The translations under genes were made by a program, and so were the position numbers. Shown one piece after another: positions 44,905 through 57,020 of a stretch of 64,000 nucleotides of DNA (its first letter is position 1; each line of letters starts with the position of its first letter). The notes under the pieces were generated by a model, which saw only the letters and a list, made by a program, of their open reading frames with translations, ran no database searches and was not told where the DNA came from. Source of the stretch: the human T2T-CHM13v2.0 reference genome, Homo sapiens; NCBI RefSeq assembly GCF_009914755.1, contig NC_060933.1, one strand, 5' to 3'.

Positions 44905-47900
44905 GGAATTAACCCGAATACAATGGAATGGAATGGAATGGAATGGAATGGAGTGGAATGGAATGGAATGGAATGGAATGGAATCAACTCGATTTTAATG
45001 GAATGGAATGGAATGGAATGGAATGGAATGGAATGGAATTAACCCTAATAGAATGGAATGGAATGGAATAGAACGGAATGGAATGGAATGGAATGGAATG
45101 GAATGGATTGGAATGGAATCAACCCGACTGCATGGGAATGGAATGGAATGGAATGGAATGGAATGGAATGGAATGGAATGGAATCATCCGGAACGGAATG
45201 GAATGGAATGGAATGGAATCAACTCGACTGCAATGGAATGGAATGGAATGGAATGGAATCGAAAGGAATGGAATGGAATTAACCGGAATAGAATGGAATG
45301 GAATGGAATAGAACGGAATGGAATGGAATGGAATGGAATGGAATGGAATGGAATCAATCCGAATGCAGGGGAATGGAATGGAATGGAATGCAATGGAATG
45401 GAATCATCCGGAATGGAATGGAATGGAATGGAATGCAATCAACCTGATGCAATGGAATGGAGTGGAATGGAATGGAATGGAATGGAAACATCCCGAATGG
45501 AATGGTATGTAATGGAGTGTAAGGGAATTCAATAGAATCAATCCGAATGTAATGGAATGGAATGGAATGAAATGGAATGGAATGGAATGGAATGGAATGG
45601 AATCAACCCGAGTGCAATGGAATGGATTCGAATGGAATGGAATGGAATGGAATGGATTCAACAAGAATGGAATGGAAAGGAATGGAATCAACCCGAGTGT
45701 AATGGCATGGAATGGAACGGAATGGAATGGGATGGAATGGAATGGTACGGAATAGAATGGAATGGAATGAAATGGAATGGAATGGAATGGAATGGAATGG
45801 AATGGAATGGAATGGAATGAACCCGTGTGCAATGGAATGGAATAGAATGGAATGGAATGGAATGGAATGGAATGGAATGGAATGGAATCATCTCGATTGC
45901 AATCGAATGGAATGGAATGGAATTAACCCGAATAGAATGGAATGGAATGGAATGGAATGAAACGGAACGGAATGGAATGGAATGGAATGGAATGGAATGG
46001 AACGGAAAGGAATGGAATGGAATGCAATGGAATGGAATGGAATGGAATGGAATGGAATGGAATCAACGCGAGTGCAGGGGAATGGAATGGAATGGAATGC
46101 AATGGAATGGAATCATCCGGAATGGAATGGAATGGAATGGAAAGGAATGGAATGGAATGGTATCAACCCGAGTGCAGGGGAATGTAATGGAACGGAATGC
46201 AATGGAATGGAATCATCCGGAATGGAATGGAATGGAATGGAATGGAATGGAATCAACCCGAGTGCAATGGAATGGAGTCGAATGGAATGGAATGGAATGG
46301 AAAAACCCGAATGGAATGGAATGTAATGGAGAGTAAGGGAGTTGAATAGAATCAATCCGAATGTAATGGAATGGAATGCAACGGAATGGAATGGAATGGA
46401 ATGCAATGGAATGGAATGGAATGGAATGCAAAGGAATGGAATCAACCCGAGTGGAATGGCATGGAATGGATTGCAATGGATTGGAATGGAATGGAATCAA
46501 CTCGAGTGGAAAGGAATGGAATGGAATGGAAAGGAATGGAATGAAGTCAACTCGAGTGGAATGGAATGGAATGGAATGGATTGGAATGGATTGCAATGGA
46601 ATGAAATGGAATGGAATGGAATGGAATCAATCATTCCGAGTGGAATGGAAGGGAATGTATTGGAGTGGAAAGAAGGGAATGGAATCAACCCGAGTGGAAT
46701 GCAAGACAATGGAATGGAATGGAAAGGAATGGAATGGAATCAACTCGATTGCAATGGAATGGAATGGAATGGAATGGAATGGAATGGAATGGAATGGAAT
46801 TAACCGGAATAGAATGGAATGGAATGGAATGGAATGGAACGGAATGGAATGGAATGGAAGGGAATGGAATCAACACGAGTGCAGGGGAATGGAATGCAAT
46901 GGAATGCAATGGAATGGAATCATCCGGAATGGAATGGAATGCAATGGAAAAAACTCCATTGCAATGGAAAGGAATGGAATGGAATGGAATAGAATGGAAT
47001 GGAATTAACCCGAATAGAATGGAATGCAATAGAATGGAATGCAACGGAACCGAATGGAGTGAAATGGAATGGAATGGAATCAACCCGAGTACAGGGGAAT
47101 GGAATGGAATGGAAAGCAATGGAATGGAGTCATCCGTAATGGAATGGAAAGGAATGGAATGGAATGGAATGGAATGGAATGGAATGGATTCAACTCGATG
47201 ACAATCGAATGGAATGGAATGGAATTAACCCGAATAGAATGGAATGGAATGGAATGGAACGGAAAGGAATGGAATGGAATGGAATGGAATGGAATGGAAC
47301 GGAACGGAATGGAATGGAATGGAATGGAATGGAATCAACGCGAGTGCAGGGGAATGGAATGGAATGGAATGTAATGGAATGGAATCTTCCGGAATGGAAT
47401 GGAATGGAATGGAATGGAATGAAAGGCAATGGATTCAACTCGACTGCAATGGAATGGAATAGAATGGAATGGAATTGAATGGAATGGAATGGAATTGAAT
47501 GGAATGGAATGCCTTCAAACCGAATGGAATGGAAAGCAATGGAATCAACACGAGTGGAATAGAATGGAATGGAAAGGAATGGAATGGAATGGAATGCTAC
47601 GGAATAGAATGGAATGGAACGAAATGGAATGGAATGGAATGGAATGGAATGGAATGGAATGGAATGGAATGGAATGCAATGGAATGGAATCGTTCCGAGT
47701 GGAATAGGAGGGAATGTATTCGAGTGGAATGGAAAGGAATGGAATCAACCAGAGTGGAATGGAAGGGAATGGAATGGAATGGAAACTAATAGAATGGAAT
47801 CAACACGAGTGGAATGGAATGGAAAGGACTGGAATGGAATGGAATGGAATGGAATGGAATGGAATGGAATCAACTCGATTGTAATGGAATGGAATGGAAT

Positions 47901-50900
47901 GGAATGGAATGGAATGGAATGGAATGGAATTAACCCGAATACAATGGAATGGAATGGAATGGAATGGAATGGAGTGGAATGGAATGGAATGGAATGGAAT
48001 GGAATGGAATGGAGTGGAATGGAATGGAATGGAATGGAATCGTTCCGAGTGGAATAGGAGGGAATGTTTTCGAGTGGAATGGAAAGGAATGGAATCAACC
48101 AGAGTGGAATGGAAGGGAATGGAATGGAATGGAAACTAATAGAATGGAATCAACACGAGTGGAATGGAATGGAAAGGACTGGAATGGAATGGAATGGAAT
48201 GGAATGGAATGGAATGGAATCAACTCGATTGTAATGGAATGGAATGGAATGGAATGGAATGGAATGGAATGGAATGGAATTAACCCGAATACAATGGAAT
48301 GGAATGGAATGGAATGGAATGGAGTGGAATGGAATGGAATGGAATGGAATGGAATCAACTCGATTTTAATGGAATGGAATGGAATGGAATGGAATGGAAT
48401 GGAATTAACCGTAATAGAATGGAATGGAATGGAATGGAACGGAATGGAATGGAATGGAATGGAATGGAATGGATTGGAATGGAATCAACCCGACTGCAGG
48501 GGAATGGAATGGAATGGAATGGAATGGAATGGAATGGAATGGAATGGAATCATCCGGAACGGAATGGAATGGAATGGAATGGAATCAACTCGACTGCAAT
48601 GGAATGGAATGGAATGGAATGGAATCGAAAGGAATGGAATGGAATTAACCGGAATAGAATGGAATGGAATGGAATGGAACGGAATGGAATGGAATGGAAT
48701 GGAATGGAATGGAATGCAATCAATCCCAGTGCAGGGGAATGGAATGGAATGGAATGCAATGGAATGGAATCATCCGGAATGGAATGGAATGGAATGGAAT
48801 GCAATCAACCTGATGCAATGGAATGGAGTGGAATGGAATGGAATGGAATGGAAACATCCCGAATGGAATGGTATGTAATGGAGTGTAAGGGAATTCAATA
48901 GAATCAATCCGAATGTAATGGAATGGAATGGAATGAAATGGAATGGAATGGAATGGAATGGAATGGAATCAACCCGAGTGCAATGGAATGGATTCGAATG
49001 GAATGGAATGGAATGGAATGGATTCAACAAGAATGGAATGGAAAGGAATGGAATGGAATGGAATCATCTCGATTGCAATCGAATGGAATGGAATGGAATT
49101 AACCCGAATAGAATGGAATGGAATGGAATGGAATGAAACGGAACGGAATGGAATGGAATGGAATGGAATGGAATGGAATGAACCCCTGTGCAATGGAATG
49201 GAATGGAATGGAATGGAATGGAATGGAATGGAATGGAATGGAATGGAATCATCTCGATTGCAATCGAATGGAATGGAATGGAATTAACCCGAATAGAATG
49301 GAATGGAATGGAATGGAATGAAACGGAACGGAATGGAATGGAATGGAATGGAATGGAAAGGAATGGAACGGAAAGGAATGGAATGGAATGGAATGGAATG
49401 GAATGGAATGGAATGGAATCAACGCGAGTGCAGGGGAATGGAATGGAATGGAATGCAATGGAATGGAATCTTCCGGAATGGAATGGAATGGAATGGAATG
49501 GAATGGAATAAACCCGAGTGCAATGGAATAGAGTGGAATGGAATGGAATGGAATGGAACAACCCGAACGGAATGGAATGTAATGGAGAGTAAGGGAGTTG
49601 AATAGAATCAATCCGAATGTAATGGAATGGAATGGAACGGAATGGAATTGAATGGAATGGAATGGAATGTAATGGAATGGAATCAACCCGAGTGCAATGG
49701 AATGGAGAGGAATGGAATTGAATGGAATGGAAACTACCCGAATGGAATGGAATGTAATGGAGTGTAAGGGAATTGAATAGAATCAATCCGAATGTAATGG
49801 AATGGAATGCAACGGAATGGAATGGAATGGAACGGAATGGAATGCAATGGAATGGAATCAACCCGAGTGCAATTGAATGGAATCGAATGGAATGGAATGC
49901 AATGGAATGGATTCAACTTGAATGGAATGGAAAGAATGGAATCAACACGAGTGGAAGGGCTTGGATTGGAATGCAATGGAATGGAATCAACCCGAGTACA
50001 GGGGAATGGAATGGAATGGAATGCAATGGAATGGAATCATCCGTAATGGAATGGAAAGGAATGGAATGGAATGGAATGGAATGGAATGGAATGGAATGGA
50101 ATGGAATGGAATCAACACGATTGCAATCGAATGGAATGGAATGGAATTAACCCGAATAGAATGGAATGGAATGGAATGGAACGGAACGGAATGGAATGGA
50201 ATGGAATGGAATGGAATGGAACGGAACGGAATGGAATGGAACGGAATGCAATGGAATGGAATGGAATGGAATCAACGCGAGTGAAGGGGAATGGAATGGA
50301 ATGGAATGCAATGGAATGGAATCTTCCGGAATGGAATGGAATGGAATGGAATGGAATGAAATGCAATGGATTCAACTCGATTGCAATGGAATGTAATAGA
50401 ATGGGATGGAATGCAATGGAATGGAATCAACCCGAGTACAGGGGAATGGAATGGAATGGAATGCAATGGAATGGAATCATCCGTAATGGAATGGAAAGGA
50501 ATGGAATGGAATGGAATGGAATGGAATGGAATGGAATCAACACGATTGCAATCGAATGGAATGGAATGGAATTAACCCGAATAGAATGGAATGGAATGGA
50601 ATGGAACGGAACGGAACGGAATGGAATGGAATGGAATGGAATGGAATGGAACGGAACGGAATGGAATGGAACGGAATGCAATGGAATGGAATGGAATGGA
50701 ATCAACCCGAGTGCAGGGGAATGGAATGGAATGGAATGCAATGGAATGGAATATTCCGGAATGGAATGGAATGGAATGGAATGGAATGAAATGCAATGGA
50801 TTCAACTCGAATGCAATGGAATGTAATAGAATGGGATGGAATGGAATGGAATGGAATTAACCCGAATAGAATGGAATGGAATGGAATGGAATGGAATGGA

Positions 50901-51920
50901 ACGGAATTGAATGGAATGGAATGGAATGGAATGGAATGGAATGGAATGGTATGGAATGGAATGGAATGGTACGGAATAGAATGGAATGGAACGAATTGTA
51001 ATGGAATGGAATTGAATGGAATGGAATGGAATGCAATGGAATCAACGCGAGTGCAGGGGAATGTAATGGAACGGAATGCAATGCAATGGAATCATCCGGA
51101 ATGGAATGGAATGGAATGGAATGGAATGGAATCAACCGGAGCGCAATGGAATGGAGTGGAATGGAATGGAATGGAATGGAACAACCCGAATGGAATGGAA
51201 TGTAATGGAGAGTAAGGGAGTTGAATAGAATCAATCCGATTGTAATGGAATGGAATGCAACGGAATGGAATGGAATGGAATGCAATGGAATGGAATGGAA
51301 TGCAAAGGAATGGAATCAACCCGAGTGGAATGGCATGGAATGGAATGCAATGGATTGGAATGGAATGGAATCAATTCGAGTGGAAAGGAATGGAATGGAA
51401 TGGAAAGGAATGGAATGAAGTCAACTCGAGTGGAATGGAATGGAATGGAATGGATTGGAATGGATTGCAATGGAATGAAATGGAATGGAATGGAATGGAA
51501 TCAATCATTCCGAGTGGAATGGAAGGGAATGTAATGGAGTGGAAAGAAGGGAATGGAATCAACCCGAGTGGAATGCAAGGCAATGGAATGGAATGGAAAG
51601 GAATGGAATGGAAACAACTCGATTGCAAAGGAATGGAATGGAATGGAATGGAATGGAATGGAATGGAATGGAATTAACCGGAATAGAATGGAATGGAATG
51701 GAATGGAACGGAATGGAATGGAATGGAATGGAATGCAATGGAATGGAATCATCCGGAATGGAATGGAATGGAATGGAATCAACTCCATTGCAATGGAATG
51801 GAATGGAATGGAATGGAATAGAATGGAATGGAATTAACCCGAATAGAATGGAATGCAATAGAATGGAATGCAACGGAACCGAATGGAGTGGAATGGAATG
51901 GAATGGAATCAACCCGAGTA
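44905..51920 (+). repeat. Duplicate of ~21260-28200 (offset ~23.7 kb); its first ~3.1 kb also matches ~37860-40960 (offset ~7.04 kb)
   Basis: ORF pairs 22168/45827, 24401/48095, 26084/49773, 27497/51221, and 38901/45942, 39301/46342. Shared private variants TGTTTTCGAG, GGAAGGGCTTGG, ACCGGAGCGC and GTATTGGAGTGG. Confidence 0.85.
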
Positions 51921-53339
51921 CAGGGGAATGGAAAGGAATGGAAAGCAATGGAATGGAGTCATCCGTAATGGAATGGAAAGGAATGGAATGGAATGGAATG
52001 GAATGGAATGGAATGGAATGGAATCAACTCGATGGCAATCGAATGGAATGGAATGGAATTAGCCCGAATAGAATGGAATGGAATGGAATGGAACGGAACG
52101 GAATGTAATGGAATGGAATGGAATGGAATGGAACGGAACGGAATGGAATGGAATGGAATGGAATGGAATCAACGCGAGTGCAGGGGAATGGAATGGAATG
52201 GAATGTAATGGAATGGAATCTTCCGGAATGGAATGGAATGGAATGGAATGGAATGAAAGGCAATGGATTCAACTCGATTGCAATGGAATGGAATAGAATG
52301 GAATGGAATTGAAAGGAATGGAATGGAATTGAATGGAATGGAATTCCTTCAAACCGAATGGAATGGAAAGGAATGGAATCAACACGAGTGGAAAGGAATG
52401 GAATGGAAAGGAATGGAATGGAATGGAATGGTACGGAATAGAATGGAATGGAACGAACTGGAATGGAATGGAATGGAATGGAATGGAATCGTTCCGAGTG
52501 GAATAGGAGGGAATGTATTCGAGTGGAATGGAAAAGAATGGAATCAACCAGAGTGGAATGGAAGGGAATGGAATGGAATGGAAATTAATAGAATGGAATA
52601 AACCCGAGTGGAATGGAATGGAAAGGACTGGAATGGAATGGAATGGAATGGAATGGAATGGAATGGAATGGAATCAACTCGAGTAATGGAATGGAATGGA
52701 ATGGAATGGAATGGAATGGAATGCAATGGAATTAACCCGAATACAATGGAATGGAATGGAATGGAACAGAATGGAGTGGAATGGAATGGAATCAACTCGA
52801 TTGGAAAGGAATGGAATGGAATGGAATGGAATGGAATGGAATGGAATTAACCCGAATAGAATGGAATGGAATGGAATGGAACGGAATGGAATGGAATGGA
52901 ATGGAATGGAATGGAATCAACCCGACTGCAGGGGAATGGATTGGAATGCAATGGAATGGAATCATCCGGAATGGAATGGAATGGAATGCAATGGAATGGA
53001 ATGGAATGGAATCAACCCGAGTGCAATGGAATGGAATCGAATGGAATGGAATGCAATGGAATGGATTCAACTTGAATGGAATGGAAAGAATGGAATCAAC
53101 ACGAGTGGAATGGCATGGATTGGAATGGAATGGAATGGAATCAACCCGAGTATAGGGGAATGGAATTGTATGGAATGCAATGGAAAGGAATCATCCGGAA
53201 TGGAATGGAAAGGAATGGAATGGAATGGAATGGAATGGAATGGAATCAACTCGATTGCAATCGAATGGAATGGAATGGAATTAACCCGAATAGAATGGAA
53301 TGGAATGGAATGGAACGGAACGGAATGGAATGGAATGGA

Positions 53340-56300
53340 ATGGAATGGAACGGAACGGAATGGAATGGAATGGAATGGAATGGAATGGAATCAACGCGAG
53401 TGCAGGGGAATGGAATGGAATGGAATGCAATGGAATGGAATCTTCCGGAATGGAATGGAATGGAATGGAATGGAATGAAATGCAATGGATTCAACTCGAT
53501 TGCAATGGAATGGAATAGAATGCAATGGAATGGAATTGAATGGAATTAATTCGAATAGAATGGAATGGAATGGAATGGAACGGAATGGAACGGAATGGAA
53601 TTGAATGGAATGGAATGGAATGGTATGGAATTGAATGGAATGGTACAGAATAGAATGGAATGGAACGAATTGTAATGGAATGAAATTGAATGGAATGGAA
53701 TGGAATGGAATGGAATCAACGCGAGTGCAGGGGAATGTAATTGAACGGAATGCAATGGAATGGAATCATCCGGAATGGAATGGAATGGAATGGAATGGAA
53801 TGGAATGGAATGGAATGGAATCAACCCGAGTGCAATGGAATGGAGTGGAATGGAATGGAATGGAATGGAACAACCCGAATGGAATGGAATGGAATGGAGA
53901 GTAAGGGAGTTGAATAGAATCAATCCGAATGTAATGGAATGGAATGCAACGGAATGGAATGGAATGGAATGGAATGGAATGCAATGGAATTGAATCAACC
54001 CGAGTACAATGGAATGGAGAGGAATGGAATGGAATGGAATGGAATGATACGGAATAGAATGGAATGGAACGAAATGGAATGGAATGGAATGGAATGGAAT
54101 GGAATCGTTCTGAGTGGAATAGGAGGGAAAGTATTCGAGTGGAATGGAAAGGAATGGAAAAAACCTGAGTGGAATGGAAGGGAATGGAATGGAATGGAAA
54201 CTAATAGAATGGAATCAACCCGAGAGGAATGGAATGGAAAGGACTGGAATGGAATGGAATGGAATGGAATCAACTCGACTGTAATGGAATGGAATGGAAT
54301 GGAATGGAATGGAATGGAATTAACCCGAATACAATGCAATGGAATGGAATGGAACGGAATGGAGTGGAATCGAATGGAATCAACCCGAGTGCAGGGGAAT
54401 GGAATGGAATGGAATGCAATGGAATGGAATCATCCGGAATGGAATGGAATGGAATGGAATGCAAAGCAATGGAATCAACTCGATTGCAATGGAATGGAAT
54501 GGAATGGAAAGGAATACATTGGAATCAACCCGAGTGGAATGGAATGGAAAGGACTGGAATGGAGTGGAATGGAATGGAATGGAATGGAATGGAATGGAAT
54601 CAACTCGATTGGAATGGAATGGAATGGAATGGAATGGAATGGAATGAAATTAATGCGAATAGAATGGAATGGAATGGAATGGAACGGAACGGAATGGAAT
54701 GGAATGGAAAGGAATGGAATGGAATGGAATGGAAACAACCGGACTGCAGGGGAATGGAATGGAATGGAATGCAATGGAATGGATTCAACTTGAATGGAAT
54801 GGAAAGAATGGAGTCAACACGAGTGGAATGGCATGGATTGGAATGGAATGGAATGGAATCAACCCGAGTAGAGGGGAATGGAATGGAATGGAATGCAATG
54901 GAATTTAATCATCCGTAATGGAATGGAAAGGAATGGAATGGAATGGAATGGAATGGAATGGAATGGAATGGAATGGAATCAACTCGATTTCAATGGAATG
55001 GAATGGAATGGAATTAACCCGAATAGAATGGAATGGAATGGAATGGAAAGGAACGGAACGGAATGGAATGGATTGGAATGGAATGGAATGGAATGGAATG
55101 GAACGGAAAGGAATGGAATGGAATGGAATGGAATGGAATGGAATGGAATGGAATCAACGCGAGTGCAGGGGAATGGAATGGAATGGAATGCAAAGGAATG
55201 GAATCTTCCGGAATGAAATGGAATGGAATGGAATGGAATGGAATGGAATAAACCCGAGTGCAATGGAATGGAGTGGAATGGAATGGAATGGAATGGAACA
55301 ACCCGAATGGAATGGAATGTAATGGAGAGTAAGGGAGTTGAATAGAATAAATCCGAATGTAATGGAATGGAATGGAACGGAATGGAATTGAATGGAATGG
55401 AATGAAATGCAATGCAATGGAATCAACCCGAGTTCAATGGAATGGAGAAGAATGGAATGGAATGGAATGGAAACTACCCGAATGGAATGGAATGGAATGG
55501 AGTGTAAGGGAATTGAATAGAATCAATCCGAATGTAATGGAATGGAATGGAACGGAATGGAATGGAATGGAATGGAATGGAATGCAATGGAATGGAATCA
55601 ACCCGAGTGCAATCGAATGTAATCGAATGGAATGGAATGCAATGGAATGGATTCAACTTGAATGGAATGGAGAGAATGGAATCAACACGAGTGGAAAGGC
55701 ATGGATTGGAATGGAATGGAATGGAATCAACCCGAGTACAGGGGAATGGAATGGAATGGAATGCAATGGAATGGAATCATCCGTAATGGAATGGAAAGGA
55801 ATGGAATGGAATGGAATGGAATGGAATGGAATGGAATGGAATCAACTCGATTGCAATCGAATGGAATGGAATGGAATTAACCCGAATAGAATGGAATGGA
55901 ACGGAATGGAACGGAATGGAACGGAATGGAATGGAATGGAATGGAATGGAACGGAACGGAATGGAATGGAATGGAATGGAATGGAATGGAATGGAAAGGA
56001 ACGGAAAGCAAGGGAATGGAATGGAATAGAATGGAATGGAATGGAATCAACGCGAGTGCAGGGGAATGGAATGGAATGGAATGCAATGGAATTGAATCAT
56101 CCGTAATGGAATGGAAAGGAATGGAATGGAATGGAATTAACCCGAATAGAATGGAATGGAATGGAATGGAACGGAATGGAACGGAATGGAATGGAATGGA
56201 ATGGAATGGAATGGTATGGAATGGAGTGGAATGTTACGGAATAGAATGGAATGGAACGAATTGTAATGGAATGGAATGGAATGGAATGGAATGGAATGGA

Positions 56301-56550
56301 ATGGAATCAACGCGAGTGCAGGGAAATGTAATGGAACGGAATGCAATGGAATGGAATCATCCGGAATGGAATGGAATGGAATGGAATGGAATGGAATGGA
56401 ATGGAATGGAATCAACCCGAGTGCAATGGAATGGAGTGGAATGGAAAGGAATGGAATGGAACAACCCGAATGGAATGGAATGTAATGGAGAGTAAGGGAG
56501 TTGAATAGAATCAATCCGAATGTAATGGAATGGAATGCAACAGAATGGAA
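53340..56550 (+). repeat. Duplicate of ~40980-44180 (offset ~12.36 kb)
   Basis: ORF pairs 42307/54669 and 43015/55372. Shared variants AAACAACCGGACTG, GAGTAGAGGGG, ATTTAATCATCC and GAGTTCAATGG. Confidence 0.85.
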
Positions 56551-56937
56551 TGGAATGGAATGGAATGGAATGTAATGGAATGGAATGGAATTAACCGGAA
56601 TAGAATGAAATGGAATGGAATGGAACGGAATGGAATTTAATGGAAGGGAATGGAATCAACACGAGTGCAGGGGAATGGAATGGAATGGAATGCAATGGAA
56701 TGGAATCATCCGGAATGGAATGGAATGGAATGGAATAAACTCCATTGCAATGGAATGGAATGGCATGGAATGGAATAGAATGGAATGGAATTAACCCGAA
56801 TAGAATGGAATGCAATAGAATGGAATGCAACGGAACCGAATGGAGTGGAATGGAATGGAATGGAATCAACCCGAGTACAGGGGAATGGAAAGGAATGGAA
56901 TGGAATAGAATGGAATGGAATGCAATGGAATGGAATC

Positions 56938-57020
56938 AACCCGAGTGCATTCCACTGCATTTTGGCTGCTCCATTCCATTCCATTCCATTTCAGTCCATT
57001 CCATTGCACTCAGGTTGATT
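56938..57020. other. Strand-inversion breakpoint within the satellite array
   Basis: ...ggaatcaacccgag-TGCA-ttccactgcattttggctgctccattcc... TGCA at 56946-56949 can be read as the end of a + node (CCCGAGTGCA) and as the start of a - unit (TGCATTCCA). Confidence 0.95.

Larger units (their letters stand above)
1..56949 (+). repeat. Human Satellite III (HSat3) array, G-rich (GGAAT)n strand on +
   Basis: Continuous GGAAT pentamers with interspersed CAACCCGAGT / CAACTCGATT / TAACCCGAAT / CATCCGGAAT nodes, the classical SatIII signature. No non-satellite interruption seen. Confidence 0.98.

Noticed and set aside
1-56949. Canonical G-quadruplex clusters
   Set aside because: G-runs are mostly GG with isolated GGG/GGGG too far apart; GGA-mismatch hairpins are a generic, known property of (GGAAT)n and not specific to this locus.
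56950-56972. Non-templated or foreign insertion (TE remnant) at the junction
   Set aside because: It aligns without gaps to the satellite motif CATTC-CATTC-GGGTT-GTTC, so it is diverged satellite.
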